The translations under genes and the position numbers were made by a program. A model generated the notes under the pieces. It did no database searches and had not been told where the DNA came from. It saw nothing but the letters and a program-made list of their open reading frames with translations. A stretch of DNA of 62,291 nt, filler included, from Nemertoderma westbladi (Eukaryota; Animalia; Xenacoelomorpha), in assembly GCA_032718475.1 (NCBI GenBank). It is 4 parts of 4 records of this genome, joined end to end, with 100 filler letters (N's around TTAATTAATTAA, not from the genome) between each part and the next. Parts side by side here need not be neighbours in the genome. Positions count along the whole stretch, not along the records: positions 57,349 to 62,291 come from JAUCBJ010000163.1; 3 more parts are not named here. One strand, 5' to 3'. Positions within the stretch are counted from its first letter, which is position 1; each line of letters opens with the position of its first letter. Of the stretch, positions 60,450-62,291 are shown one piece after another.

Positions 60450-62050
60450 AATGAATACCGGTATATAAGGTTGCTTTAGAAAACAAAGTGCCTAGGGAAA
60501 CACTCCGTCGATGGGTTAATGGTAATCCTTTAAAGTTTGGATCAGGCCAAAGTACGATACTAACAGTTGAAGAAGAAAGGCAAATTGTGGAAGCGATTTT
60601 GTTCATTGGAAAGTGCGGGTTACTGGTGGATAGAAGTGACCTTAAAGGTATGGTAAAGTCTTTCGTAGGTGCCATTGGAAGAAAGAATCCTTCTAAAGAC
60701 CATACTCCGGGCAAAGATTAGGTTTTGCAGTTTGAAGCGAGAAATCAAGAGCAATCCCATCGTAAATCCGAACTATTAACCAAAGCAAGAGCTAAATCAG
60801 TTTCTAGTGAAGTTTTTTCTGAGTTTTTTACGAAATTTGAAGATATTTTGAAGGCTAATGAATTCCTGGATAAGCCTGCCCGTATCTTTAATCTGGATGA
60901 AACCTGATTGAACACCAATCCTTGCGACGGAAAGGTTTATGTCGAGTCGGGTTCTCAAGATTGTTATCAAATGGCGCCAATTTGTGGGAAAACGATGTAT
61001 ATAGTGATGATATGTGCTTCAGCCATTGGTAACTATCTACCGCCGTTTGTTGTTTATAAAGCTCAGCGTTTCCATGAGTCATGGACCACAGGAAGCCCAC
61101 CTGGAGCTCACTATGGAGGATCATATTTTTGAAGTTGGTTTGTCAAAGTGTTTGTAGTCCAATCAATGCTGATTGAGAAACCCATTCTTCTTATTTTCGA
61201 CAGACATAATAGCCATCTTACTTATAACACAATTCGAGCCAGTATTGACAATAAGATAATCATTCTTTGTTTACCTCCCAATGCTTCACATGCCCTCCAA
61301 CCTCTTGACGTCGCCGTCTTTCGTCCTTGGAAACAACACTGGCGTTCTGTTCTGAAGACATGATTTAGAGAAACGTGCTTGCAGGCAGTTGATAAGGCCG
61401 TGTTTCCCTCACTACTAGCTAAGGCTGTGAAGTTATTAGAACCTAGCTATGCTATCACTGGCTCTGGTAGTGCTATGGTAGTGGTCTATATCCATTCAAC
61501 CCCAGTGCAGTAAATCATCGAGTTATAGAAACTGAGAAGAATCCTTGCGAGCAAGGTCGAACTGCACTCGAGCAGGCAATTTTGACAACTATAGCATCTG
61601 TTGCTTCAAGTAGTCTTGAGAATGAGAGTACAAGCAAAGACGGGGGAAATATTAACATCGGAAGAAGTGGCAACAAAGCAGGGAGTTAAAGAAACAGTTG
61701 AAAATGTTGGCAAAAAGAAACCTGCCAGTAACACTGGAAGTGGGAACAACGATGCGTCGTCTTCTTCACCTGTTGCCATTAATAATGATGTGAACGTTGT
61801 ACAGTACATGTGGGAGACTTTGTCACAGAGGAGACAGTAGAATTTGACTCAGAAGATTCAAATGATGGGGAGGTGTTTGTGAAGGATATGAGGATAATAA
61901 TTCAATAAGTGAATTAATAGTGGATGATGAGGATGCACCTGACGGTGTGGATAATGCGAGAAGCCTAATGGTGGGGGACTGGATGTTAGTCAAGGTGGCC
62001 GGTCGTGGAGGGTCAAAGAATTATGTTTCTAAGGTGATTGAGGTAAATAT
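60450..62050 (+). pseudogene. pogo/Tigger-like DDE transposase relic
   Basis: VPRETLRRW (HTH), LTVEEE, PGKD*, IFNLDET, CASAIG..LPPFVVYK, LLIFDRHNSH and LPPNASHALQPLDVAVFRP, with in-frame stops and frameshifts. Confidence 0.88.
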
Positions 62051-62291
62051 GATAACATGGAGATTACTGTACATTATGCAACGCGGTAAAAGCTTGCAAC
62101 AATATTGAAGTTAGTGTTACGATTGTACTAACGGATCCACCGGGGTATGGTTGTCATTCATTCTCGGAGATTAGGAGAAAGTTAAACATACCAGTTGCGG
62201 CAGAGGTACTAAATGTGTGCAACGCACGTTTCGCTTTGAAATAAACACCTCTGGAGAAGAAGAGCTACCACCTTGATTGTTTCTGCTGTGA

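Overview
AT-rich, transposon-dense invertebrate-type (metazoan) nuclear DNA with three 100-bp scaffold gaps. Host genes are intron-poor: a single-exon TPM-domain (MOLO-1-like) membrane protein, kelch-like 20/diablo (3 exons), a single-exon 4-TM protein with a repeat tail, single-exon SVOP and single-exon presenilin. Most of the rest is mobile DNA: a Ty3/Gypsy gag-protease ORF running off the left edge, RTE, L2/CR1 and RTEX-like LINEs, Merlin and pogo transposase relics, IS3EU-, hAT-, Kolobok- and Harbinger-type MITEs with visible target-site duplications (TSDs), Helitron/Helentron-like repeats, tRNA-derived SINEs and several minisatellites. The least explained feature is 8.06-12.77 kb. It is a same-strand, cyclically ordered array of about five diverged, differently deleted copies of a sequence that folds into long hairpins and multi-way junctions, with compensatory base changes between copies. 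It is a candidate structured-RNA (hairpin-RNA) locus or a relic of an RNA replicon. All alignments and folds were done by eye and family assignments are from recalled motifs, not database searches.
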